This document shows, piece after piece, positions 32,863-42,437 of a DNA stretch of 64,000 nt. The notes beneath the pieces were generated by a model. The model was not told where the DNA came from, searched no databases, and saw only the letters and a list, made by a program, of their open reading frames with translations. Origin of the DNA: Bacteroidales bacterium. Its GTDB lineage: Bacteria > Bacteroidota > Bacteroidia > Bacteroidales > UBA3663. Made by a program: the position numbers and the translations under genes. Positions within the stretch are counted from its first letter, which is position 1. Each line of letters opens with the position of its first letter. Location: the NCBI GenBank assembly GCA_045628525.1, contig JAZQPJ010000034.1, positions 4,061 through 68,060 of the forward strand, in the 5' to 3' direction.

Positions 32863-32899
32863 ATTTATGATTTGCTATTTGTTATTTTTGCAATAGCAA

Positions 32900-34543
32900 T
32901 TACTCCTGCTCGAGGGTAAGGGTGATGGTTGGACGGTCGCAAACCTCGGCTGGACCCCAGTACTGGATAGGACCAGGATATACGAAGCTTGTCTCCTTTG
33001 CCCACTCGTCGCGCTTAGAGACGAAGAACTTGAATGGCTTGCCATCGAGCTCAACGAGAGCCTTGCGGATTACTGGCTTCATCTCACCCGAACGCTTCTC
33101 CATGTTCATCATAGCGGTGATAGGGATACCACCAGCAACCCACTCATCAGCTGGACGGAAGGTGTTCTTGATAGATGACATGTAGCCGGTCTTGCCAGCA
33201 GCCATCAACATTGAAGCATTGAAGCCAAGGCTGTAGCAGTAGTCAGCATCCCAGTTAGAAGGAGCTGCGCAACGGCCCTCATAGCCGAAGAAGTGGTGCT
33301 GGGTAGAGAACTTGCCGTTGAACTTGCCCTCCTTCTTCCACTGAGCGAGCTTCTTGCCAACCATCTCAGCAAGCAACTGCTCGGTCTCGATCAGAGATAC
33401 CTGTACGTTGCCGTGTGGGTCACGCTCGAGTGCGAGCTGACGTGAAACTGAGAGTGGGAGCGAGTTGAAGATAGCAGCATTCTCAGCTGAGAGCTTGCCA
33501 AGTACGTACTCAATCTTCTTGTCATCAGCAACGGTGTCGAACTCAGCCTGGTTGGCAGCCAGCATATCGTTGAGCTCAGAGATGAGCTTCTTGATGGCAG
33601 GGATGAACTCGATAAGGCCCTCTGGAACGAGCACAACACCGAAGTTCTTGCCCTCGTTAGCACGGGCAGTAACTACCTCAGCGATGTAAGTTACAACGTC
33701 GTCGAGCGTCTGGTTCTTAGCCTCAACCTCCTCACCGATGAGGGTTACGTTTGGATGAGTCTGAAGAGCGCACTCGAGGGTAACGTGTGAAGCCGAACGG
33801 CCCATCAGCTTGATGAAGTGCCAGTACTTCTTGGCTGAGTTACAGTCGCGCATGATGTTGCCGATAACCTCAGAGTAAACCTTGGTAGCGGTGTCGAAAC
33901 CGAATGAAGCCTCGATAGCCTCGTTCTTGAGGTCGCCGTCGATGGTCTTAGGACAGCCGATAACCTGAACGCCAGCGTTGATGGCCTTGTAATACTCTGC
34001 GAGTACGCAAGCGTTAGTGTTAGAGTCGTCACCACCGATGATTACGAGAGCCTTGATGCCGAGCTCCTTGAGGATCTCGAGACCCTTGTCGAACTGCTCC
34101 TTCTTCTCGAGTTTGGTACGGTCAGAGCCGATGATGTCGAAGCCACCGGTGTTACGATACTCGTCGATGATCTCAGGAGTGAGCTCCATGTAGTTGTGAT
34201 CAACGAGACCGCCAGGGCCGAGGATGAAGCCGTAGAGCTTGTTGGCTGGGTTGAGCTTCTTGATGCCGTCGAAGAGGCCAGAGATTACGTTGTGACCGCC
34301 AGGAGCCTGACCGCCAGAGAGGATTACGCCTACGTTCATCTGAGCGTTTGGCATAGCCTCGGTTGTTGGCTCGAACTTGAGGTATGGCATACCATAAGTG
34401 TTAGGGAAGAGCTTCTTAACCTCCTCCTGATTGGCTACTGACTGGGTTGGCTCACCCTCAACAGCCTTGAGTGCGCCACGCAAAGCTACTGGGAGCTTTG
34501 GCTGATAGGCAGCACGAGCAATCTGAAGTGCTGATTTTTCCAT
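32900..34543 (-). CDS. pfp: Diphosphate--fructose-6-phosphate 1-phosphotransferase (PPi-dependent PFK)
   Basis: 547 aa with GGDDSNT, PKTIDGD and the long-type PPi-PFK architecture. Confidence 0.95.
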   Translation of the reverse strand: MEKSALQIARAAYQPKLPVALRGALKAVEGEPTQSVANQEEVKKLFPNTYGMPYLKFEPTTEAMPNAQMNVGVILSGGQAPGGHNVISGLFDGIKKLNPANKLYGFILGPGGLVDHNYMELTPEIIDEYRNTGGFDIIGSDRTKLEKKEQFDKGLEILKELGIKALVIIGGDDSNTNACVLAEYYKAINAGVQVIGCPKTIDGDLKNEAIEASFGFDTATKVYSEVIGNIMRDCNSAKKYWHFIKLMGRSASHVTLECALQTHPNVTLIGEEVEAKNQTLDDVVTYIAEVVTARANEGKNFGVVLVPEGLIEFIPAIKKLISELNDMLAANQAEFDTVADDKKIEYVLGKLSAENAAIFNSLPLSVSRQLALERDPHGNVQVSLIETEQLLAEMVGKKLAQWKKEGKFNGKFSTQHHFFGYEGRCAAPSNWDADYCYSLGFNASMLMAAGKTGYMSSIKNTFRPADEWVAGGIPITAMMNMEKRSGEMKPVIRKALVELDGKPFKFFVSKRDEWAKETSFVYPGPIQYWGPAEVCDRPTITLTLEQE

Positions 34544-34648
34544 AGTTATTTTTGTAATGTTGATTGTTATATTTGATGTATTCGTGTACTAGTTGATCTG
34601 GGATTTCAAGTTATTCTAGGATTTCTAGACTTCCAAGTACCTAGAATA

Positions 34649-35830
34649 TTAGTGGTGGAACAGGCGGACACCGGTGAAGCACATGGCGATGCCATACTTG
34701 TCGCAGGTGGCAATGACATTGTCATCACGAACGCTGCCGCCAGCCTCGGCGATGTACTCTACACCACTCTTGTGTGCACGCTCGATGTTGTCACCGAATG
34801 GGAAGAAGGCATCCGATCCGAGGGCAACGCCCTTGAGCTGCTTGAGCCATTCCTTCTTCTCTGCAAGGGTCAGCACCTCAGGCTTTTCGGTGAAGAAGTT
34901 CTGCCATGTACCCTCACGGAGTACGTCGTCGTGCTCCTCCTCGCTGATGTAAACGTCGATGGTGTTGTCACGATCGGCACGTTTCACGCCCTCCTTGAAT
35001 GGGAGAGCCATTACCTTTGGATGCTGACGCAGCCACCAGATGTCAGCCTTGTTGCCAGCCAGACGGGTGCAGTGGATGCGGCTCTGCTGACCGGCACCAA
35101 TGCCAATGGCCTGACCGTCCTTCACGTAGCACACTGAGTTCGACTGAGTGTACTTGAGGGTGATGAGTGCAATGACGAGGTCACGACGTGCCTCAGCAGT
35201 GAAGTTCTTATTCTGGGTTGGGATGTTCTGGAAGAGTGCATCATCGTTGAGGTCGATCTCGTTGCGACCCTGCTCGAAGGTGATGCCATAGACCATCTTG
35301 CGCTCGATAGGAGCAGGACGATACTCGGGATCCATCTGGATCACGCAGTAAGTACCCTTACGCTTGGCCTGGAGAATCTCAAGCGCCTCAGGCTCGTAAC
35401 CAGGAGCAATGACGCCATCGCTGACCTCACGGTTGATGAGCTTGGCAGTAGCCACGTCGCAAACGTCGCTCAGAGCGATGAAGTCGCCAAACGAAGACAT
35501 ACGGTCAGCACCACGGGCACGAACGTAGGCGCAAGCCAATGGAGAGAGCTCGTAATCGTCGGTGAAGTAGATCTTCTTGAGGGTGTCGGTCAATGGCAGG
35601 CCAACGGCAGCACCGGCAGGAGAGACGTGCTTGAACGAAGTGGCTGCAGGCAGACCTGTGGCACGCTTCAGCTCGCTTACCAACTGCCAGCTGTTGAATG
35701 CATCAAGAAGATTGATATAACCTGGGCGGCCATTGAGCACGGTGATAGGAAGCTCCTGATCGCCCTCCATGAAAATACGTGACGGCTTCTGGTTAGGATT
35801 GCAGCCGTACTTGAGCTCGAGTTCTTTCAT
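34649..35830 (-). CDS. AICAR transformylase-domain protein (PurH C-terminal-domain homolog lacking the IMP cyclohydrolase/MGS domain)
   Basis: KYGCNPNQ, FKHVSPAGAA and C-terminal GGSVRDD motifs in only 393 aa. Confidence 0.8.
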   Translation of the reverse strand: MKELELKYGCNPNQKPSRIFMEGDQELPITVLNGRPGYINLLDAFNSWQLVSELKRATGLPAATSFKHVSPAGAAVGLPLTDTLKKIYFTDDYELSPLACAYVRARGADRMSSFGDFIALSDVCDVATAKLINREVSDGVIAPGYEPEALEILQAKRKGTYCVIQMDPEYRPAPIERKMVYGITFEQGRNEIDLNDDALFQNIPTQNKNFTAEARRDLVIALITLKYTQSNSVCYVKDGQAIGIGAGQQSRIHCTRLAGNKADIWWLRQHPKVMALPFKEGVKRADRDNTIDVYISEEEHDDVLREGTWQNFFTEKPEVLTLAEKKEWLKQLKGVALGSDAFFPFGDNIERAHKSGVEYIAEAGGSVRDDNVIATCDKYGIAMCFTGVRLFHH

Positions 35831-35862
35831 TTAAATATAAATATGTATAGCTATTTTCGGTG

Positions 35863-35870
35863 CAAAGTTA
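35863..35870 (-). promoter_or_regulatory. -7 promoter box (TAACTTTG) for the AICARFT-domain gene
   Basis: Matches TAnnTTTG about 33 nt upstream of ATG 35830. Confidence 0.45.
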
Positions 35871-35933
35871 ACAAATTTCGGGCAATATTCCAAATTATCA
35901 TTCTCAATTTTTGTTTCTATAAGAAATTATTAC

Positions 35934-35941
35934 TATTTTTG
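35934..35941 (+). promoter_or_regulatory. -7 promoter box (TATTTTTG) for the 36029 gene
   Basis: Matches TAnnTTTG about 88 nt upstream of ATG 36029. Confidence 0.35.
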
Positions 35942-36028
35942 CAGCATCAAATAAACAATTTTGACATGTTCGAGTATTTACATTGGTCCAATAATAGCCA
36001 TGTGAGTATCTGTACGACATAAAAGAGA

Positions 36029-36850
36029 ATGAAGAAATTACTGTTCCGCATCATAGCATCATTAGAGAAACGTTATTGGGCCCTGTCATATTGGCCACGT
36101 CACATAGTCGGCATTTGCATTCTTTTGGGTGTCTTTGCCGGAGTGTTTGGCATTGTTTATGGCTGTTATTATGGTGTTCGCTCAACAGTCGTCTATGTGT
36201 CAGAATTATTAAACTCTGGCAGCAGTTCAAATGATGTTGATGAAGGGGCGACGGATCTAGAAGAATATAGTCGTCCCGGACGTAATCATTTTGAATTTCC
36301 ATTAAAGGCAGAGGAAAAGCATCCCAAGCGTCGTCCGAACTATCATCGTGACTTCGATTATATCAACGATGTGCACATGGGAGCCGCCCGACGCCTCGGC
36401 ATCAAGCCATTGGTCGACCGTGACGCAGTGAAAGGCATGGAAAACAAGTTGGTCGAACTTCATAACACTCGCTACTATAAAATTGATCCACTGACCAGTT
36501 CTGTACCATATCTGGTCCCGAAGGCAGCAGACTTTCTGACAGCGTTAGGACGCCTGATGCAAGAATACAATGGCACAAAGTCACGTTTTATTGTTACAAG
36601 TGTATTGCGCACACAGGCCGATGTCAAATCTCTCCGTCGCCGCAATGGCAATGCCTCCGAAAACTCTACACATTGCTATGCAACAACAGTAGATATTACC
36701 TATAACCGATTTGACATTCATGGCAATACCTGGGAGGGGAAACTGAAGGAAGATCTGGCAAAAGCCTTGTATGACCTGCAGGAACGTGGCTACTGCTATG
36801 TGAAATATGAGGTAAAGCAACCCTGCTATCACATCACGGTACGTCCATGA
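36029..36850 (+). CDS. Conserved Bacteroidales membrane-anchored protein (DUF5715-like, family assignment from memory)
   Basis: An N-terminal TM segment and a C-terminal VTSVLRTQADVKSLRRRNGNASENSTHCYATTVDITY block. Confidence 0.55.
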   Translation: MKKLLFRIIASLEKRYWALSYWPRHIVGICILLGVFAGVFGIVYGCYYGVRSTVVYVSELLNSGSSSNDVDEGATDLEEYSRPGRNHFEFPLKAEEKHPKRRPNYHRDFDYINDVHMGAARRLGIKPLVDRDAVKGMENKLVELHNTRYYKIDPLTSSVPYLVPKAADFLTALGRLMQEYNGTKSRFIVTSVLRTQADVKSLRRRNGNASENSTHCYATTVDITYNRFDIHGNTWEGKLKEDLAKALYDLQERGYCYVKYEVKQPCYHITVRP

Positions 36851-37145
36851 ATAGACAGCAGGGCTGAAGCAATAATATTTTGGAAATAAAAAATGTAGTG
36901 TAGTACAATAAAAGAGAGCGGTTGCCGTTATATTAGAAAACAAAAATATAATATTGCCTATGAAGCATCGCTCTACCTCTTCACTAATTTCATCTTTGAT
37001 GTTTGCCAGCAGTTTGGCTTTGCCAGCAGTTTCGGACGATGCAATTAACATTGACGAAAAACCAATGGATTGTATCGCAACGCAAGGACCACGTCAAGAG
37101 ACCATTTGTGCGTTACAGATGTTTGCCCGTGTTTATACTGCGAAA

Positions 37146-39098
37146 TCAAAAGATGGATGGTTCGACAAACATGCGCTTGCCAGCGAACCCGTCTAATTGT
37201 TGCAAGCTAAGTCCGAGTCGGAAATGCAACATCTGTAGATGTGAATCGTCGCGTGCAGTGAGGTGTTGACCCAGTGCATCGTTTTCAGGTGCAATCAGTA
37301 TGTACGAATCCTGACCGCCGTCATCCTTTATCATGAGGTTGAGGGTGGTTTCTTTTTTTAGTTCCTCTATGAACTGGCTCAGTCCGCCATGTCCCTCGTA
37401 AAGTTGCGTCAACCTGTCTGCAATTGTCACATCAAGCACGGCAGGCAGCGTACCATCCTGTATTCTGTGATTGAGGTATTGGTCGATTTTGGCAGAGAAC
37501 TTGGTACGAAGACGCTGAAGCAGATCCTCTCCATCAAGAATAGGGCTCTTGCCATAAAGACATTCAACAAGTTGCAGATATTGAACAGTAAGGTGTTCAC
37601 GATCGAGTGCAATGGCCTGTGCTGCCTGATGAATCGGTTCAATGGGGAAAATACCGCATAGCGATGCAGGTTCGCTCTCGGTCAGACTACGCTTTGTGGC
37701 GAGTATGGCATCGTAGCAGTAGGCTGTAAGCCGATCGCTGCCATCCGACAGAGCCGCTACCTGAGGAATCAGCTCGTTAAGCAGTTTGTTGGCAAACGTG
37801 CATCCAGGTATCAGTGTGCGCTGTTCGAAGAAATTCTGCAGCAGCGCTTTGTATTGACTCAGCAAAACCTGATTCTTGCCACGCAGACGATCGAACAGTC
37901 CGAGGTTGTTCCATTGATTGGTGAGCGCATCTAATTCAGCCTGGATTGATTTGACCTGTTGCTGTGACTGCTGCAGAATCTGGTTGATTTCAAGCACCTT
38001 CTGCTGCAATCGGTTCACGATGGCGTGCACAATATCCTTGAGCACTGAGGGTGGGTAAGGAGATTGCAACATCGTCTTGTGCAAGCCGTCGCTAATGATT
38101 GCCAGCAGTATGCGGTTGTAGTCGGCTGTCTTCTTGAACTCAAGATTGAAGAAGAACTCTACACCCAGCTCTCGGAAACGACTTTGGAACAATACCTCAA
38201 CACGGTTGCGCATCTGTCTGAACCATTCTTCACGCGGCAAGTCATTCATGCCTTGGCAGGACAGGTCGATTGATTGCTGCCAATAGTTGGATGGCACGTC
38301 CCATGTCTGGTCGGAGTCGGGATTCAGATTGATGAACATTTCCTCCTGCAGGCAAACCCGCATATTCGAGAGGGGCACCTGAGCGAGAATAGAATCCGCT
38401 TCCTCGTTGCACACTTCCATTTCTACAGGATTGTCTTTCACCTGTGTCAATGTCAGCAAAGCATTCAGATATGCCTGATGCAGGTGGTAGCGCACTTCGT
38501 CGTCGGGATAGCTGATGCCCGTTGCATTGAACGTGGCAAAAACTGGTGGGAAGTCGCAAGCATCGCCTAAAGGAATATATATTTTTTGCTCAATGACCGG
38601 ATTCTGGGTTACATTGAACAAGAACTGGGAGAGGCTGACCTGCGTTGCATCTGTGTATAGAAAACAGGTTTGCAGAAGTTGTATGTCGAGATAGTCTGTA
38701 ACGGCATTGTTGATGCATGCCAGACTCTTCCATGCACCGTTTCGCTCCTTGTCTGAGCAATGATTCAGATCGGGAAGCTGGCAATAGCAGAAATTATGAT
38801 AGGCGTATTTCTCGGAGACAGCAAAATTCTTGCGGATCAATGTAAGCGTCTGAACGATCATCGACCCGACGTCCACATGATCGAGTGTAGCACATATATG
38901 GAAAGAGATGTCGCTTGGGTTTTCTTCCTTGCGGCGCAATTCATTGACTTCATGCAGCAACTCACGTTCCTCCAGCTGCTTGCTGAGGAACAACAATGTT
39001 GCATTGCGCGAAACCAAAGAGGTGGTTGCAAACTGCCTGTACACGGGGTTTTGTATGCGTGACTGGCAGTAATTGAGGAAGATGATCAGATGCTTCAT
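37146..39098 (-). CDS. Large hypothetical protein (650 aa) with a central Gln-rich coiled coil, translationally coupled to tdk
   Basis: A long uninterrupted ORF whose ATG overlaps the tdk stop (TAATG). I saw no P-loop or other recognisable catalytic motif. Confidence 0.7.
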   Translation of the reverse strand: MKHLIIFLNYCQSRIQNPVYRQFATTSLVSRNATLLFLSKQLEERELLHEVNELRRKEENPSDISFHICATLDHVDVGSMIVQTLTLIRKNFAVSEKYAYHNFCYCQLPDLNHCSDKERNGAWKSLACINNAVTDYLDIQLLQTCFLYTDATQVSLSQFLFNVTQNPVIEQKIYIPLGDACDFPPVFATFNATGISYPDDEVRYHLHQAYLNALLTLTQVKDNPVEMEVCNEEADSILAQVPLSNMRVCLQEEMFINLNPDSDQTWDVPSNYWQQSIDLSCQGMNDLPREEWFRQMRNRVEVLFQSRFRELGVEFFFNLEFKKTADYNRILLAIISDGLHKTMLQSPYPPSVLKDIVHAIVNRLQQKVLEINQILQQSQQQVKSIQAELDALTNQWNNLGLFDRLRGKNQVLLSQYKALLQNFFEQRTLIPGCTFANKLLNELIPQVAALSDGSDRLTAYCYDAILATKRSLTESEPASLCGIFPIEPIHQAAQAIALDREHLTVQYLQLVECLYGKSPILDGEDLLQRLRTKFSAKIDQYLNHRIQDGTLPAVLDVTIADRLTQLYEGHGGLSQFIEELKKETTLNLMIKDDGGQDSYILIAPENDALGQHLTARDDSHLQMLHFRLGLSLQQLDGFAGKRMFVEPSIF

Positions 39099-39697
39099 TA
39101 CTTTCTATTCTTGTCTTTCATCATTTCATGGTAGCAGGCACGACACAGTGGCATGTATTCCTGCTTTTCACCAATCAGCACCTGATCCACACCTTTGGCG
39201 ATGCGATAGGAATAATTGGCAAGGTGTCCGCACTTCATGCAGATGGCACGACACTTGTACACATCATCGGCAATGGCCATCAGTTCGGGCATGGGGCCGA
39301 AAGGTTGACCAAGGTAGTCCATGTCAAGACCAGCCAGGATGACTCTTTTGCCGGAAGAAGCCAGAGCATTAACAACCTTGACCAGTTCGGCATCGAAGAA
39401 CTGTGCCTCGTCGATAGCCACTACGTCAACGTCGTCGGTCACGGTGTTGGCAATGACCTGAGCAGACTGTACAGGAATGGCTTCACTGCTGCTGTGTGTA
39501 TGTGAGACGATGTCGCGCTCGCTGTATCGGTAATCGAGCGATGGTTTGAATATCATGATATTGCGTTTGGCAATCTTGACGCGATTGATTCGGCGGATCA
39601 ACTCTTCGGTTTTGCCTGAGAACATTGATCCACAGATTACTTCAATACATCCGGTGGAACGATAGGAGTTTGCGGGAAAACTGTTTTCGAAATACAT
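39098..39697 (-). CDS. tdk: Thymidine kinase
   Basis: P-loop GSMFSGKTEELI and C-terminal zinc-ribbon cysteines CMKCG...CRAC. Confidence 0.95.
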   Translation of the reverse strand: MYFENSFPANSYRSTGCIEVICGSMFSGKTEELIRRINRVKIAKRNIMIFKPSLDYRYSERDIVSHTHSSSEAIPVQSAQVIANTVTDDVDVVAIDEAQFFDAELVKVVNALASSGKRVILAGLDMDYLGQPFGPMPELMAIADDVYKCRAICMKCGHLANYSYRIAKGVDQVLIGEKQEYMPLCRACYHEMMKDKNRK

Positions 39698-39737
39698 AAT
39701 ATTATGTTTTATTGTTGATTATTCAATTTTTAGAAGG

Positions 39738-39975
39738 GTTCTTCGATTCGAGACGTCGAAAAGCATGTCCGGAATCTTGGCGAAGGAATTCGAGTTGTCG
39801 AATAGTTTGTCCGGACCTTGTGACAAGGAATTCGAGCCGTCGAAAAGGCTGTCTGGATTCTTGGACAAGGAATTCGAGCCGTCGAAGAGCCTATCCGAAA
39901 CCTCAGACAAAGATTTCGAGCCGTCGAAAAGCATGTCATAGAACTCTGGCAAAGATTTCGAGACGTCGAACTCTA
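39738..39975. repeat. Tandem array of about 5.6 units in exact 42-bp register (ATTCGAGCCGTCGAAAAGSMTGTCYGGAWYCTTGGMCAAGGA)
   Basis: TTCGAG anchors at 39747, 39789, 39831, 39873, 39915 and 39957. Each unit carries TTCGA-N4-TCGAA and CCTTG/CAAGG mini-palindromes. Confidence 0.9.
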
Positions 39976-39977
39976 TT

Positions 39978-41684
39978 TTATCGTTCTTCAGATGCTGTTA
40001 CTACATTGATGATGTAGTCACCGATCTTTTCGCATTCATTGATGAGCATCATGAAAAACGTACTTTGCTGATATTGCACCTCGTTGCGGTCAAATTGATC
40101 CAATACGGAGTTACGATATTGATTGCGGAAGTTGTTGATCTCGTCCTCGATGTTGAATGCTTTGTTCAGAGCGCTTGACGTCACTTCGTCCATGTCCATC
40201 AGCTTGAGCATGTGCTGCAAGGCATCGTCGGTGAGAGCGAACATCTTGTTTACATTCGTGTTGAGCTCAGGACTGAAGCGTACCCGTTGCTCGCTCTTGC
40301 TGTACAAGGTGGCAGACAGGTGATAGATGGAATCGGCAATGGATTCAAGTTCATCGACGATCTTGTACAGATTGCGACACAACTGCTCACCTTGCCCAGA
40401 CAGCGATTTAGGTGAGATCTTGTTGAGGAAGTCCGCAATTTCCATCTCTGCCCGATCGCTTTCCTGCTCCATCGTCCGCACTTGGTCATCGATCTGCAAC
40501 TGACGCTCAGAACCAAGCGGTTCGGACAACATCTCACGAACAAGCGAGAACATGATATAGACATTCTCACCATATCTTGTCGCTTCTTTCTGCACTTGAG
40601 CCAAAGCCATTTCGCTTGATGAAATGATGCCAGAGGTGATGAATTGCAGCTTGAATGACTGTTCGGAGTCGGGTTCTGTCTCTGGCGTGTTCCTGGAAAC
40701 AAGGCGTACAAACTGATGACGCAAAGGCAACAACAAGAGCATCGTCACGACATTGAAAGCTGTATGGAAAAGGGCCAGACCGGCTGGCATGTTTTCCTGA
40801 AGGTTCGGATTGCCTAAGCCGATGCTTTCGCAGCAATAGGCAATCGTGGATTCTCCGTCTGCCAGTTTTCCATTGAAAATAAAATACAAGCCAAGCATCA
40901 GCAGGAGCACCCAAAGCATTCCAATAAAATTAAATAGGAAATGTAACAGGGCTGCACGTCGTGCCATGGCATTGGCCTTTCGTGCTGCAATCAATGGAGG
41001 TATGCAAGTGCCGATATTGGCCAATACGATGAGTGCGCAGCCAAGATCGAACGATATCCATTCAGACACACACAGCAGTAGGGCGATGAGGAAGGTGATG
41101 GTTGACGAACGGAACAGAACGGTTAGCAGCAATCCGCTCAGCAAGACAACTGATACCGACAATACATACAGATATCCCTCTCCATCGAGCCCCTGGGGCA
41201 ACCACGTACCATCCATCTGGTGGAATGAAACCTGCATGAAGTGGATGCTAATGACCAGAAGTGCTATGCCAATGATCAGTTCACCCCATGAGACAGACGA
41301 TCCCTTGCGGAATCCGAAGAGCGGAATCGTTATGGCAACCAGCGGAAAAGCCCAGAGATAAGCGTCGAAATTGAAGCACAGGAGCGCAATGAGCCAGGCG
41401 GTGATGGTTGTGCCGATGTTGGCACCCATGATGACAGATGCTGATTGCGAAAGCGTGATCAATCCGGCGTTGGTGAACGAAACCGCCATCATGGTTACAG
41501 CAGTTGATGACTGAACCAGAGCGGTGACACCAAGGCCGGTGAACATACCTGTCAGGGCATTGCCTGTCATGGCTGATTGCGCATGACGCAGCACATCACC
41601 CGCAATCTTTTGCAGATTGTCGCTGATGAGCTGCATGGCAAACAGGAAGAGGCCAATGGAGCCGATGAGGGTCAGTAGTGTCAT
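39978..41684 (-). CDS. Na+/phosphate cotransporter family protein (second copy) with a C-terminal PhoU-like domain
   Basis: QSSTAVTMMAVSF and GANIGTTITAW motifs, and the same architecture as 4571-6253. Confidence 0.9.
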   Translation of the reverse strand: MTLLTLIGSIGLFLFAMQLISDNLQKIAGDVLRHAQSAMTGNALTGMFTGLGVTALVQSSTAVTMMAVSFTNAGLITLSQSASVIMGANIGTTITAWLIALLCFNFDAYLWAFPLVAITIPLFGFRKGSSVSWGELIIGIALLVISIHFMQVSFHQMDGTWLPQGLDGEGYLYVLSVSVVLLSGLLLTVLFRSSTITFLIALLLCVSEWISFDLGCALIVLANIGTCIPPLIAARKANAMARRAALLHFLFNFIGMLWVLLLMLGLYFIFNGKLADGESTIAYCCESIGLGNPNLQENMPAGLALFHTAFNVVTMLLLLPLRHQFVRLVSRNTPETEPDSEQSFKLQFITSGIISSSEMALAQVQKEATRYGENVYIMFSLVREMLSEPLGSERQLQIDDQVRTMEQESDRAEMEIADFLNKISPKSLSGQGEQLCRNLYKIVDELESIADSIYHLSATLYSKSEQRVRFSPELNTNVNKMFALTDDALQHMLKLMDMDEVTSSALNKAFNIEDEINNFRNQYRNSVLDQFDRNEVQYQQSTFFMMLINECEKIGDYIINVVTASEER

Positions 41685-42403
41685 CGCAGGTTATTGATTG
41701 AAGTTTCAAATGATTCGCGGTATGTCTTTCCCATGGGGACTTCCTCGCCCGAAGTGAGCAGGACCGACTGGGTATTGTAGCTGCACACGTGTTTCAATCC
41801 CACTATATAGGAGCGTTGCACACGGGCAAATCGTGCGCTTGGCAATTGTTGCTCGAAGCTGCTGAGCGTGCCGAGTGTCGTAAGCTTGCGACCATCAGAG
41901 AGGACGAGCTGGGTGTAGTCCTTGAACGCTTCGAGACATACGATGTCAGCAACACGGATCATCTCAGTACGGCCTTCGCTGCGAATGCCAATCATCTGAT
42001 CTGCTGATGCTGCGTCCTGTGTCCTTTCGATTTCATGATGCACTTTCGATAGCGCTTGCTTCAGTCTGTCCAGCGTATATGGTTTCAGCAGATAGTCCGT
42101 GACACCATAATTAAATCCGTCGATGGCATACTGATCGTAGGCAGAGGTAATGATGATGGCTGTGCGTCCTGCATCTTTGTTATCTTTGGTATTCTGCAGG
42201 GATTTCAGGAACTCCAGGCCAGTAAGATTGGGCATCTGGATATCAAGGAATATCAAATCGGGGAGCCCCTCTTCTCTGATCGCAGTCTGAAGCTTACTTC
42301 CATCGCCGAAGGTCGAGATGTCTCCACCTTCACCGGCTTTCTCAAGGAAAAGCTTGAGTTTGGCGGCTGCCAATGGTTCGTCTTCGGCAATGTAGATTCT
42401 CAT
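41681..42403 (-). CDS. LytTR-family response regulator (receiver + LytTR DNA-binding domain)
   Basis: MRIYIAEDEPLA...FLDIQMPNLTG receiver and a C-terminal LytTR region. Its stop overlaps the nptA start (ATGA). Confidence 0.9.
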   Translation of the reverse strand: MRIYIAEDEPLAAAKLKLFLEKAGEGGDISTFGDGSKLQTAIREEGLPDLIFLDIQMPNLTGLEFLKSLQNTKDNKDAGRTAIIITSAYDQYAIDGFNYGVTDYLLKPYTLDRLKQALSKVHHEIERTQDAASADQMIGIRSEGRTEMIRVADIVCLEAFKDYTQLVLSDGRKLTTLGTLSSFEQQLPSARFARVQRSYIVGLKHVCSYNTQSVLLTSGEEVPMGKTYRESFETSINNLR

Positions 42404-42437
42404 ATGATCGGATGGGTATTGTCTAAGATTGAATATT

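Noticed and set aside
36954-37196. 80-aa ORF with a signal-peptide-like N-terminus (MKHRSTSSLISSLMFASSLALPAVS)
   Set aside because: It overlaps the 3' end of the convergent 650-aa gene by about 50 nt. It contains a local TTTGCCAGCAGTTT duplication and has no family support. It is possible but too weak to call.
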